Source: Camelus ferus
Taxonomy: Eukaryota
Length of the DNA: 64,000 bases
NCBI RefSeq assembly: GCF_009834535.1
Contig: NC_045696.1
Location: 100,194,001-100,258,000, forward strand
Direction of reading: 5' to 3'
The notes under the pieces are model-generated. The model had not been told where the DNA came from and made no database searches. It saw only the letters and a list, made by a program, of their open reading frames with translations. The translations under genes and the position numbers were made by a program. Below, in pieces: positions 1 through 12,620 of the stretch (position 1 is its first letter; each line of letters starts with the position of its first letter).

Positions 1-1882
1 GCAGTATGTGAGTAAGTTGAAGCAACTTGTCCCAGAGCACAGTTGGAGGGACCGGCCTGGGAGGGTGAGTGATGGCAATGAATGAAGGTACACCTATAGT
101 CGGAGCAATGGGGATAGAGAGGGAGGGAGATCAAAAACCTCTAAATTGATGGCTTCCAGGTTTTCTATAAAGTAGAGGACAAAGGATTCTTTTGAGATTG
201 CATTTGGGAGTTGAATCTTGAGGAAAGAAGCAAAGAACTCTACAAACCATTACAGGAATGGGAGAGAAAACTCCCCAGAAGCATATAGTCTTATGTTGGC
301 AAATGAGCAAAGATACATTTTTGAATTGCTGAAACTTCCTGTGGAAAAACTTAATTTTTTGCTGTTATTGAATATTGTTCCTTTGTATCGTGCTTAGCTC
401 ATGTGAAGAGCGAACAAGGAAAAGATTGTTATAAAAATGACAGTAATGATATCTGGAAGTTAGACATCTTAGGTAAATCTTGTTAAACTGAATAGTGAAT
501 GTGTTTTTTTCTTTTAGAATAATCATTATCCATATTCTTCTTTCATGTCTTATTATAGATTAAAAGCAATGTGACTATTTCAAATTTAATTTATGGCTTA
601 AAAGGATAGAGCCAGAATTGTACTATTTAAAAGGCTGGAAACTCACACTTGATCATAAATCTCTTCCTGAAAATAGCATCCAAACTTTCCTAAAACAAAA
701 TTGCATTGATATGACTTAAAAAATACGTGGTGGGCTTTACTTTGTTTCTGTCACAGCCCAAGATGACATATCTGCTTCTCAAGTGTTAAAAAATGCTATA
801 TCAGCTTAATTCATATTTCAGAATAATTAAAAACGTCTTCATGGGGGAAACTGGTCGGGAGTTAGAGCTCAGGCTGCAAGGAGGTTGGAGGGCCTTGGCC
901 TAACACTGGGCCTGCGATTGGTCAGGGACCCAGGAGGTGAGAGAAGGCAGTTTCTGGTGAGAACTCAGCGCAGAAGCAGGTCTCACATCATTATGGAATC
1001 ATCCTACTTTTTGCAATCAGCTACATCCCTGTAAGAGAGGCTGTGTTTTATTGCCAAACTGTGCACGAGATTAGTGACACCATCTGTGATGTTAAATCGT
1101 ATCAGCAGAGCCCTGTGATTCAGGGAAGTGTAAAACCTCTGTTTCATGTTCAATGACCACTTCTTCATGCTGTCATGAAGCCAAAACACTTTCTTCAAAT
1201 GATGCATCAAAAAGCCACATAGATTCCTTTTATCGATGGACGTATAAAAGTCCCAGCAACAATTGACAAGAAAAGCATGCTGTCAATTTGTCTTGTCTGG
1301 ATGGTGACCAAACGCCAAAGCCCAAATCTTCACCACAGCCTTCAATGCTCTGTGTCGTCTCCTCTGCCAGTACGACCCCCGCTCCATCCTCCCTCTCTGG
1401 TCTGTCTCCTCTCATGTGCCCCTTGCTCGTTACCGCTCAGCAGCTTGTGTTTGCTCTCCTGCCTGTGATCCTCGCATCCCCAGAGCCCCCTGTCCCCAGC
1501 TCCTCCTCCTTCACGTAGTGAAATCCCACTCACCCTTCAGGCCTTTGTGTAAACATTTTCTTGCCTAAGCCTTCCCTGGCTAGCTTAGCCCTTCAGGCTG
1601 ACCCAACTCCGAGCACTTTGTGCTTCTCTCTTTCATGGCATTTACTGCAATTATAATTCCTCTTCCCACCTCTGTCCTCTCTGATCGATTGGAGGCCCCA
1701 GGAGGATGGGAATGTGCCTGTCTAGTTGGACACCCCTATCCCCATCACTCAGGATGAATAAAGCAAGGCAGCTTAGTTGGAACTACAAATATGTTTCTAT
1801 TGACCGATGAAACAAGCACTAACTATTTAAAAAAATGCTGAGAAACATTTCTCTCCAGATCACCTCATTCCGTTCGATCAAA

Positions 1883-2230
1883 TTTAAATTGCATTGAAGT
1901 ATAATTCATAGATGCAGTCAAATGCACAAATCTTATACGGTCTCAAGATATATAACCTAGGTAAACAGGACATCAGTTAAGATACAGAGCATTTCCGTCA
2001 CCACAGAAAATCCTCTCATCTGGCTTTCCAGTCAGTCCGCCTCCCATCCCAGCACGACTGCTGCTCTGATTTCGCTGCCCAGTACACTATTACTCAGCAA
2101 CACAAAAGAAGGAGCAGCTAATGCGACCAGCCACATGAACGAACCTCAAAAATGCTATGTTGAGTGAAAGAAGCCAGACACAAAGAACACACACTATGAT
2201 TCCATTTCTGTGAATAAGCAATCTGTAAAA
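1883..2230. mobile_element. Ancient L1M 3'-end fragment with two parts in opposite orientation
   Basis: 1883-2080 resembles an antisense L1M 3' end (attgaagtataattcata...agagcatttccgtcaccacagaaaat). 2081-2230 resembles a sense L1M 3' UTR (ctcaaaaatgctatgttgagtgaaagaagccagacacaaa...tatgattccattt). Confidence 0.7.
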
Positions 2231-3587
2231 CGCTTTCCTCTGGCTGCCATCGTCTGCTGATAAGGAACGGCTCTGCACTAAGACACACAGCAAATCCTGG
2301 TCCGCAGGCTTTGGGAGGCAAGCACACGGGAAACAATTCTTTTAAAAATATAAGAAAGGCTGTTGATTCAAAATTTCTTTCTTCAACCTGAAACTTAGAT
2401 CATAAATATACTACACTTAAATAAATTTTTTTTTAAAAAGATAAATAAAGCAAACAAAAACCAAAAAGCAAAACAAAAACAAAACAAAAAACCCACAAAA
2501 TTTTCTTCAAATACTTTTTATTCTTTCAAATTTCATCCAACAAACACATTGTACTCATTTTTTTGAAATTTCTATCCCTGTGATTGTAATGAATTATATT
2601 ATCATGTATATAAAGATTGCCAGGGGTAACATAAGACCTACTTATCTACAATAGGAAAGCAAGCATATGTTTAAATAAGTTCCCATGGCTCCCAAATTAA
2701 ACTTTACATATTTAATCCCTCAAAACACTTACAACTTTTGCTCTTAAAAAAATTCCATAATTCAATATCCTGGAGAAATAACAAATATTTTATAGTAAAC
2801 AATTGATATGAAAATGCGTGTTTTCTGAGGAAATAAATCATCATGACATAATATTATTAATTAAGCCTAGTCAAGGTGAAAATGACTTTACAGAGTTCTG
2901 GTATATATTTTATAAAAATCAGAAAAAATTTGATCAACCAGTTCTAGTTTTGAAAAGTTGTTTATAAATTGCCTCTTGTTTTTCCATTGACTTGGATTAC
3001 CAAATGGGAGAGGTCCTCCTAAAGAAAACATTTTGGTTCTTATTAACATATTATTTTGAACCTGATAAAATATCACATTTGTTTTTAAATATTTTTAAAA
3101 GCCAGTTTTCTGAAAAATTCTGGTAAGTTTCTCAATAAGTCAAAATATAAGACTGCAAACTAACATTATTTTTCATTTATAAGTTTCGACTTAGACAGGA
3201 AAAAAATTATAGCTCAACTGAACACCCCTTACAGGCCTGAAAAAGCACAATTGCCAACAGTCATTCTTCCCCAAATGAGACATCGTGACAGGCTTAACGT
3301 TAGCAACCTAGCTTCCCCGAACCAAACAGAAGTGGAGAAGTGGAGATTCGGCAGTAACGATGTAAAAGAGAAACCATTAAAGACAGAGAAGTGCAATCAG
3401 AATAGACTTTAGATCCACGGCTGGGGGAGGACTGGTTAAACTTACTTGTGAAAGTCAATGTCCTGTTTTATTAATCCCAGTGTAGGAAGTACAGTAAGAA
3501 TATATCAATGACTGAAACCCGGGTTGGAAAAGGGAATCAATGAATTCGATCTTAGTATGTGACAGAAAGGAAGAAAGAAGTAAATGT

Positions 3588-3830
3588 ACTCATTCATTCA
3601 TCACATATTTATTGCATGCCAGCAGTTTTCAAGGCCTTGTGCCAGGGCTTTGGGGGATACAGACATGAATCAGGCATGGCCCTGCCTCCTGGGAAAAGAG
3701 AACTCATGTGTGAGGAACTATGTGCAAGCTGAGATAGCAAGTGTGACAAAGAGATGCAGGCGAAATACCAGGCAGGGCAGAGAGGGAGGGAGAAGGTGCA
3801 GCTGCAGGGATCAGGGAGGCCCTTTCGTGA
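3588..3830 (-). mobile_element. LINE-2 3'-end fragment
   Basis: tcattcattcatcacatatttattg...tgtgccaggg...ggggatacagacatgaat, the typical reverse-complemented L2 tail. Confidence 0.7.
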
Positions 3831-4518
3831 CAAAATGATAAACTATTTCCCTTTTTTTACGGAATGTCCAGACACCACTAAATTCTTTCTTCAGTGACTA
3901 TATTCATCTTGATGATACAGTTTTAAAAGAATATACCTTTAATAACATGCTGATCACTTGGACTTTATATTTCCTTTAGGGAATCATGGTTTCTTTCAGG
4001 CAAGACTAGGAAAATCCCTGTTTTTCATAAAAGTTTCAGAATTAGAAATATTTAGAAAGCCATTTTCATGTCTCACTATCTGCCCCCTTTCCCAAATTAT
4101 TTTATTAAACTCAATAGTTTCCCTTTAGGAAATGATTACAGAAATATAATTATTTATAACCAAAACAAAGAGGTAACTAATTATTTGCTGGGCTAGGGCA
4201 CAGGGAGGTCTTCAGTGTTTACCAAAGAGCATAGTATCTCTAAGCTTCCATTTTAATGAGTTGAGCCTCATAGGCCTATGTGTCTCCATCTGTGAAATAC
4301 ATGATAATAATTGTAAAGATGTTTTCTTTATTTAACTGGTAGAATCTTGTAATGCAATTATTAAAAATTCAATTCAATATAATTAAAAAGGTATATTAAT
4401 CAATCATAAGCAGAACAGGCAACATTTCTATTCTTACGGAATTTTTAACATAAAGTAGAGAGAACCAAATGTATTTTCCTATGCATTATTTGTTGTATGC
4501 ATACTTCTTGTATAACCT

Positions 4519-4680
4519 TAATAATAATAAATATTAAGTTGCTGCTTTCTATGTGTTAGGAAATATACTAAAATTTTTAATGCTTTGCTCTTTTAATCCA
4601 TCATGCCTACCATGAGATAGGCACTATTCATATTCTCATTTTATGGATAGGAAAACTGAGGCTTAATGTAGTTAAGAAAC
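4519..4680 (-). mobile_element. MIR SINE fragment
   Basis: MIR core ctcattttatggataggaaaactgaggctt...gttaag. Confidence 0.75.
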
Positions 4681-5390
4681 AGAAGCCTAATTAAACCATG
4701 GATCAAACATAAGCACTTTTGTCTACTTCCACCAGAAATCCCACTAAAATGCAAGTGAAGGAATAAAATCCAAATGGGTAAACCCAAAAGGTGATATAAA
4801 TAGAATGAGAGTGGATGTTGTTAGTAAATTATGGGCAAATGTAAAGCAGATAGATCCATGTTCACTCTCTTAGTGGGGTGGAGGAAGCTAAACGAGAGTG
4901 AGTGCCTGCACACAGGGATTCCAATGAGAAACGAAACAGTTCTTGCCAGCCAAAGGCTCATAATTTGTAGCTATCGAATACCTTGGAATGTGAGTGGAAG
5001 TAATAGAGAAGGACCGGTTTAAAGTCTGTGTAGGAAGGTCTGTAGAGATCCCCTAACCCACTTGGCACAGCCAGAAACCTATCCCTCCCTTGTCTTCCCC
5101 GTTCCCTCCAGGTGCGTGGAGATTTATTCTTTGCAGAATATGGAACAAAGAGGCATGGACTCAGGGACCCAGAGCTGATGAAAAATCATATAAAATAACA
5201 CACTGAAGGCAAGATAAATTTTTAAAGAGAATTATTAATTCCAGGAAAAGCAGAAGGCATACAAAATGGAAATGAAACCATAGTAAATTATCTAGCTTAA
5301 CAGTGAATATTATTTAGATGGCCATAATCATGCAAAACTTAGATATTAGTCTAACTAAAATCGTAACATATTTTGGGAGTTTTGGAAAGG

Positions 5391-5392
<2 letters not shown>

Positions 5393-5438
<46 letters not shown>
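5393..5438. repeat. (GT)23 microsatellite
   Basis: Read directly from the sequence. Confidence 0.97.
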
Positions 5439-5440
<2 letters not shown>

Positions 5441-5496
5441 TAGGTAATGAGTCCTCAACTTCCCTGGTAGCCAGTCAACAAATAGATAATGAGATA

Positions 5497-5985
5497 TGTT
5501 GGCTGTCAACATTTATGTATTCTTCCTAATTAAACCTCAATTTTGTTGAAGTTTCCAAAACAAACTCCCTCTCATGTGACTCAGAGAAAGCTGACCCTAT
5601 CCACAGCCTTAGGAAAAGACCCTAATCAGCCAATCTCTTTCCCCCACCGTGACTGGTTTAAGGATGGCCATGTGCCGTAATTCTGACCAGTGACACCAGG
5701 GGAAGTCTTTTGATATGTCTTTCAGTGGGGCCGTGGAGCAGCTTCTGAGCAAAGATATGAAAAAGACATCTTCTTTTCTTTTTCTGAACATCTTCCTGTC
5801 AGTGTAATGCCCAGAACTCTTACACACACATTGCTACCAGTCCAAGAACTGTAGTAGGGCAGGTAAGAGGATCAGAAAGAAATAGGGCCAGAGACCTAAC
5901 ATACTGGGCCTGGGGACCTCCCTACTTCTGGACACCATTGGATGTGCAATAGTAAATTTTCTTTAATTTTAGCCAGTTCAGAACA
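5497..5985 (+). mobile_element. Ancient ERVL/MaLR-type solo LTR (LTR16/MLT1-like)
   Basis: gactggtttaaggatggccatgtg...tctgaccagtga and cctacttctggac...gtgcaatagtaaattttcttt...agccagtt resemble recalled consensus; subfamily uncertain. Confidence 0.55.
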
Positions 5986-8469
5986 TTAAGAAACCAGGTC
6001 AAGGTTTCAGAGGTATTAGGTGAAAAAATTAGGATTGGAATCTAGGTTAGCCTGAGCCAAAGATTTAAGATAGACAGTGTTATATCACCATTGCTGAATT
6101 ATCTTCAGTGTATTCTTTAAAAATGGAAATCAGTTTTGACAGAGAAAGAAATTAGGTGATGCTCTACTGGTCAAGAGTAAAGACTGCATTAAAACCCTAA
6201 TAACTTACCTTTCATTGCTTTATTTTTGCATTAAAAATGGTGTTTTTGGTAACTTTTTTTTTTTTCTTGGTAACTGAAGTATCAAAATTAATTGTTTCCT
6301 TGGTCTGCATTATATTTCCCAAAAAGAGTGATACGGAGAATTGACATGGCCAAAAAATTTTTTAAAAAGGAAATAAAAAAGAAGAAGAAATGGAAGCACA
6401 TAGTTTCATACTTCTGTTATTCAACTATATCCCCAAATCAGTACACCTTATCCTTACAAACAGCCGATGTCAAAAATATATTATCTTCAGAGGATAATTT
6501 GAATTATTATTTTATCTGGAGCATTAAGATACAGCCAAAATAATGTAGTATCCAAAAACCAAAATGTTAATTTCTTTCTTTAATAACTTTTAATTTAGAT
6601 ATATTATAGACTACAGAAGTGCATAATATGATTTGGTTTATTCTTTAGCACAGGGATTCACACAAGCATGGAGGTATTCAAAGTGAGGGAAGTGTCTGAT
6701 TCATCCTGGAATCTGGAAGACACGGTGCTTGCACAGTAACTCTTTGTTGACTGAATAGGTGAACAACCATGAGCCTAATTTAAGGAAATCATGGGTAAAA
6801 TAAGGAGAAAAAGGGATTTTCCACTTTTGTGATTGATCTGGGGCCATTTTTCTGTGTGGATGCTAGCTGTAACATTTATTTGTTTTGATTTAGGCAATAA
6901 ATTAAAGTTATGGACACACTGAAGAGTTCAAAGGGAAGCATTAAAGTAATTGCTATGATAATATTTCTCAATTTGAAAGATTTTTCGGTTTTTAAGTCAA
7001 AAACAATTCTTGTTTCAAAAATCAATTCTTGTTTAAAAAGTAACTCATTTGGTAATATTTCCCATTTTGAGAGCTTTTTTGGTTTTTAAGGAGAAAGCCA
7101 ATTCTTGTTTAAAAATTTGTTCTTTAAATGATTATTGGCTTTTTACAGTCTATTCCTAAAACATTATTTAAAAAAAATACCGATAATCTTTTGCATCTGA
7201 ATAGTGTTTTCACTTTGGGCTAAAATTGGTGTTAGTTGTCTCTCAATTGTGATTTTTAAGAATCATATTAACAGTCGGTGAAAAAAAAGGAACACTAGAG
7301 CTGCAATTAAGAAAAATACTGTGATTGAGGTAGAAGATAAAATTAGAGGGCAGTCGCCAAATGGCTACCTGCAGGGAGTTTACTCAACATTTCACAGAGG
7401 ATGCAAAGAGGCTCACAAGCCGTCAGCAAATGGGCTACATGATCATTATGGCTAGCTTCAAAAAGTCTGAAGGGACTCTGTGAATTGTGATCTATGTCTA
7501 TAGTACAGAAAATTATATCTGATGCAAACCATCCCTTTTGGAAACCTGTAATGGAAAACGCTCTAAAGAAGACGATACTTGTACTTCTGGGTGCTTCATT
7601 CAGACTGAGCATGGCAGGCGCTTCCCTATGGCTACACCCTTTACAGTAAATCCTCCTTCCTTCCAGTTCCATTGCAAAAATAATTCCTTTAGTGTACGTC
7701 ACGGAATTCACTTTCCAGATTTTAGGAATAATGGGCAAAAAATAGTACTAGCACTTTTATGGCATATTTCTGAATAATATCCACTTCTCTAAGGCCAAAG
7801 CTTTATTATTTTATCCTCTCTGTTCTTTTTTATGACATCTAACATTCGAGTTACTTATATCTGTTTTGTTGTGTAAGGATCTGTATATTTTCTTAGTTAG
7901 GCTCTGCTTCATTTCAAAGTAGCATTCTTGGAGGCCTCACCAAGTGACATTATAATTCAGTTATTTAACTCATAGTATTCTGTTGACTTAGATGCTTGTA
8001 ATCAATGAATGTTAAGTTCAATTCTACCATAATCAGCTCTGCCAGAACAGAGATGACCAGAACCAGCAGACCTGCCGGTCATGGGGCAGGACACGTAAAG
8101 CAACACCCAACAGTGGGTGGTTAAGATGGTGCCGGCAGGAGGCTCAGAGCAGCTTCAGAGGCTGAGGAAGCTATCGAATTCTGCTCTCTGGAGATTTACA
8201 ATAAGACAAGGAAAGACCTCAGTCTGAGATGAAGCAGGCTATCAGACAGGGATCCAAGATAACGGCTAGGACACTTGAGCTCAGATGTGTAAGGACGAGC
8301 TCAGTCACAGAGGAGGAAGATAATCATATCAGTGTTGGAAACCGGGCAGAGAATATGATCAGAGTTGATGAAGGAAGGCCCATCTTAGGGCTGAGCCGAG
8401 AAATGCTGATCATAGACTCCTTACAATCTCGACACTTACGGAAAGGATTGGGTCTAGATTCTAGGGGTA

Positions 8470-8830
8470 GGACAAGGAGTGAATCGTGGTTTAATGAGGC
8501 CTAAAATTTACATTATTTTAGGGATCTTTAAGAAAAAATAGACTTTAGAGTTACAAATACAAAATAAGGTAGAGAAGTGAGTACTCACTTAGGAAAAGAA
8601 AACCTAACAGTTTACTGGATCCTTGGGGCTGGGGTCTCTTTTTCTCCTAAGATCTTTTTAGATAGTTCCTGAGAAATAATTTCTTAGTAATTGTTTCTGA
8701 TTATAATCTAGCTTCCTTCCCAATCTAGGATACCACATGAGTCTCAGTCAATCCCAACACCCATAGAGGTGTTTGCAAGTGAGGGGCACTGATACTTCAC
8801 TTTACTAGCTTCAGGGCAAATCTGCCTCTG
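8470..8830. mobile_element. hAT-type DNA transposon remnant (Tip100 group, MER115/Zaphod-like)
   Basis: Terminus tgcaagtgaggggcactga...tactagcttcagggcaaatctgcctctg resembles a recalled hAT-Tip100 end; left boundary uncertain. Confidence 0.4.
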
Positions 8831-9799
8831 AGCAGAGATGTTTCAGGGAAAGGATTTACATGGTCCTGAGAAGCAGGAGAATAAAGGACCAGAAGGGCAG
8901 AAAGCTGTTCAAAAAAAAAAAAAAAAAAAAAAAAAAGAGAGAAACTATTGTTGGACCAGAAAATTTTGACACTGTTTTGTGGTTAATCATAATTAATGTC
9001 ATTCTGGTGTTACCTATGTCAATAAATATGTCATAGCTTAAAACTTCGGTATAGTATGTTTGGAAGACTGAATGCAGAAGCCACAAACTTATGCTGCCGA
9101 CCTTGCAGGGTGACTCATAGCCTAGACAGCTCTGTCCAAATCAGTGTGACTAGTCACAAAACATCTGCTAAGACCATCTTTGGAATACTTGTACGCTCTC
9201 TGACTCTCTTTCCTATCCTGGCCTGCTCTTCCAACTTTGAATCTGGCTGAATTTAGTTTTACATCTGACATCATTCTGCTAGGTACAAGGGTTTCACAAT
9301 TCATATTTGCCCAGGGAAGATTCTATATAATCAAGCTCAGATGTCTAAAACATATAATGAAGGTTTAAAAAAAAAAGTGATGCTTTGGCTACAAGTGCTG
9401 AATGAGAACCAGGATTCATAAATAAAGGGTTCTTGAAACCAGAGGAGTAAAAAAAACCTTCAGAAGGTAACCCAGGCACATTTCCCCTGTGATAAATAAT
9501 TGTTTTTCTTGGGTGAAGAAACCTCTTATGCTTACCATATGCTAAGCAGTTCACTTGATTGTCTCACACTGGTTTTGTTTGCATTTCTAACTCTTGAACC
9601 TTGAAAACTGATCACTTCAGCTCAGCTGAAAGAATTTAAAAAGAAAACAGCTGGGGCCACAAGTCAGAGGGAACCTTCAGACTGGTGGCAACCTTCTCAC
9701 CCTCCAATTAGAAAAGCGGCCCCCTGATAAGGGCAGGGGAGGTCTGATGTAGACTGAATGCTTTACACCCTCCTGTCCACTTTGTGCCTTTCATTCCCT

Positions 9800-11290
9800 G
9801 TCCTTTCTGCTCCTATCTAAAGTTGGATCTTAAACTCCTGTCCCCAGTGCTGAAATCAGTGACCTTTTCTCACGCTTCCTCTTCCTATTTTCCAAGTCTC
9901 TCTTCTGTAGATGTTTTCCTGTTTGTCCGACTTTATCAGTCTCCTTTGCTGACTCTCCTCCTCTTTTGTCCCCTAATGGGTCTGTCTTCTCTGAGTTTCA
10001 GCTCTTGGCTGTCTGGTTGCTTCTCCTTCTCATCTATTACATTTAACCTCTCCCTCCCTCTCCACCCCCAGGGCTATTGCATGTGTTCCCAAGGCTTTAC
10101 TTTTTATTCATTCAACAAATATTCACTGAATAAATATCCTTGACTCTCCCTTTTTTTATCTCTTACACCCACATTCAAAATGTCAAATTTTGTTGACTCT
10201 ACAATTAAAATTCATTTCAAAACTGACTTGCTTTTACTGCTACCAACCAAGTTGAAAACAGCATCATCTGGACCAGTGCATTAGGCTCCAAATTGGCCTC
10301 CATGCTTTGCAGTTCATGTCCCCACTCATCTCCATTTCCCTTAGTTTTAGTCTCACCCAGCATCTGGACTCTGCCTTCCTTTTCAACCCCTACATCAGAT
10401 CATGTCACTGCTCTGCTTGTAACTATCCAAATGGCTCTCTCTGTCTTTTTTTCAATTATGGTAAGAACACTACACATGAGATCCACCCTCATTCCAGAAT
10501 TTTAAGTGAACAATAGAGTATTGTTATCTACAGAGATAACACTGCACAGCAGATCTCTAGAACTTATCCATCTTGCATAACTGAGATTTCATCTCCATCA
10601 ATTGGTAGCCCCCCCGTCCTCCCTCTCCCAGCCCCAGCCCCATTCTATTCTTTGCTTCTCTGAGTTTGACTGTTTTAAAGTTAAGTGGAATCCTGCATTA
10701 TTTGTCCTTCTGTGACGGGCTTATTTCACTTAGCAGAATGTCCCCAAGGCCAAGGCTGATACCAGGCTCTACACCAGCACACCGTCTGCTTACCCGTCCC
10801 TGCCTGCTACCACTCAGGCTTCGTCTCCTCCTAATCTTACCCGTGCTCCCTGAAATCCTGCTCATTTCTCTCTTGCCCCCTTAGAACACTCTAGACATGT
10901 TCTGGCCACAAGGCCTTTGCACTTCCTGTTTTTCTTCATGGATATATTTCCCCCACACAGGACAATCACCTCTTTTCCTCACCACTGTTGGGTCTTTGCT
11001 CAAGCATCATCTCAGTGAGGCCTTCCCAGGACCCCTGTCTTCAAAGTTTCAGCGTGTTCTCTCCTTTTTGGTCCTTCCTACTTACCTTTACTGCTTTATT
11101 TTCTCTCTACCACTTATCACCATTATATTTTTCTTATCTCTTTCTTTATATAAGAGTAAAATCTCCAGAAGGATAGAGATATTTGTTTGTTTTTTCACTG
11201 ATATATTTGTTTTATCAGCATCTAGAACTGTGCTTAGATATATTAGGTACACAGTCAATATTTTTTGAGTGAATAAATGAATGAATAAAT
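9800..11290 (+). mobile_element. Degraded LINE-2, interrupted by an L1 fragment
   Basis: Pyrimidine-rich L2 body (tcagatcatgtcactgctctgctt; caaggcctttgcacttcctgtt) ending in the L2 tail caatattttttgagtgaataaatgaatgaat. Confidence 0.7.
10446..10745 (-). mobile_element. L1MA/L1MB-type 3'-end fragment nested in the L2
   Basis: ttttttcaattatggtaagaacact...acagcagatctctagaacttatccatcttgcataactga...ttatttgtccttctgtgacgggcttatttcacttagca. Confidence 0.8.
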
Positions 11291-11576
11291 ACATTCTCCT
11301 CTGTGCCACTATGGAGTACAATGATGAAGAAAAATTGGATCCTGCCCTTGATAAACAAAATCTCTAGTAAAAGATTGTCAAAAATGAAAGAAGTTTGTTT
11401 CAGGAGTTAGACAGCATGAAACAAGGAGACCTAATCCAGACTGAGGCAGAGTGAGGCACTTAAGTTGGGCTTCCTGGAGGAGGTGGAACCTGAGCCCAAT
11501 GAATGGAGGAGGAGAGGTTTGGAGAAGGACTTTTTAGATAGAGGGATAACATAACGGCATGGTGGCTGAGCAGACA

Positions 11577-11972
11577 CTGTTAGTGCTTCTCTTATTTCTC
11601 CTCAAATTCCTTTACCATTTCTGAATCTACCAACCTGAATTCCCCTGGCCAAGACCTGCATCATTCCCGGGGAGCTGTCATGCCTGTAAACACAGCAGGC
11701 TGGGGATGCCTGAGTACGAATGAGTGCCCCCGCCCTTAATCAATGACTGATGAGTGTCGGGGGCACATCATTCTCTTGCCTCTTGGCTGGGACATTCGTG
11801 TGGGGTGTGCTGTGCATCAGTCCTGTGGGGTAATGATCACCTACTCTGGTGGACTTAATAATGTATTCACTACTGGCTGAAATTTCCTTTCCTGTGTCAC
11901 TTTACCCTCAACTACCCCCTTTCCTTGAGACTTGGCTCAGGGTTGGGCTCTGGAAGAACCAAAGTGAAGACA
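11577..11972 (-). mobile_element. Ancient ERVL-type LTR (LTR16-like)
   Basis: TG...CA-bounded segment ending ggctcagggttgggctctggaagaaccaaagtgaagaca; tentative. Confidence 0.4.
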
Positions 11973-12019
11973 GTGATTATTACCCAAACTCCAGAGAATA
12001 AAAAATAATAGTCTTTGGT

Positions 12020-12620
12020 CTGCTTTGGGAGATGGTAAAGCAAATCAGATTGGCTATAGGGAGAGGTGATTAGGTTTGATAGTGAAGGAATTTGAATTCT
12101 AGGTTAAGGGATTTGGTCTGCTTTCAAATTCCTTCTGAAATCTTTGAGTTTGAGAACAAAGTAATCAAAAGAATATTTAAGGATGATGAATCTAGCCATG
12201 GTGTATGGGGGCAGGAGGGTCTTTGGGGAGGATGATCAGCTAGGAAACAGATCAAACAGCACAGTTAGGACATACTCAGAAGTGCTTTGGTGAGGTGGCA
12301 GGGAGAATGGAAAGGAATGGAGGAGAGAAAATGCAAAGGGAAAAAAAAGACAGGATTTGGAGTCAAGCTCTGTGTGTTGTGGGGAGGGAGGTGGTGGGAG
12401 GAGAGAAATAGAAAGTGTCTGAGGCTCTGTGAGTTAGAGAGCAGCTGTATTATTAACAGCGGTGAGGAAGCTGTGAGTGGGATCTGGATTTCATGAGTTA
12501 GACATTTGGAGTTTGTGCCAGTGGAACGTCCAAGTAGAAACGTTCAACAGACAGCTGGAAATATAAGGAGGCAGAAGGGACAGGGTTTTAGAATTGAGAT
12601 CTTTCAGACAGTGATAAATG
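12020..12620 (-). mobile_element. LINE-2 fragments
   Basis: Purine-rich antisense L2-like sequence (ttagacatttggagtttgtg...aacgtccaagtagaaacgttcaacagacagctggaaatata). Confidence 0.55.

Noticed and set aside
7343..7738. 131-aa minus-strand ORF upstream of PLOD2
   Set aside because: No recognisable protein similarity, exon structure or retrocopy hallmarks; length is compatible with chance.
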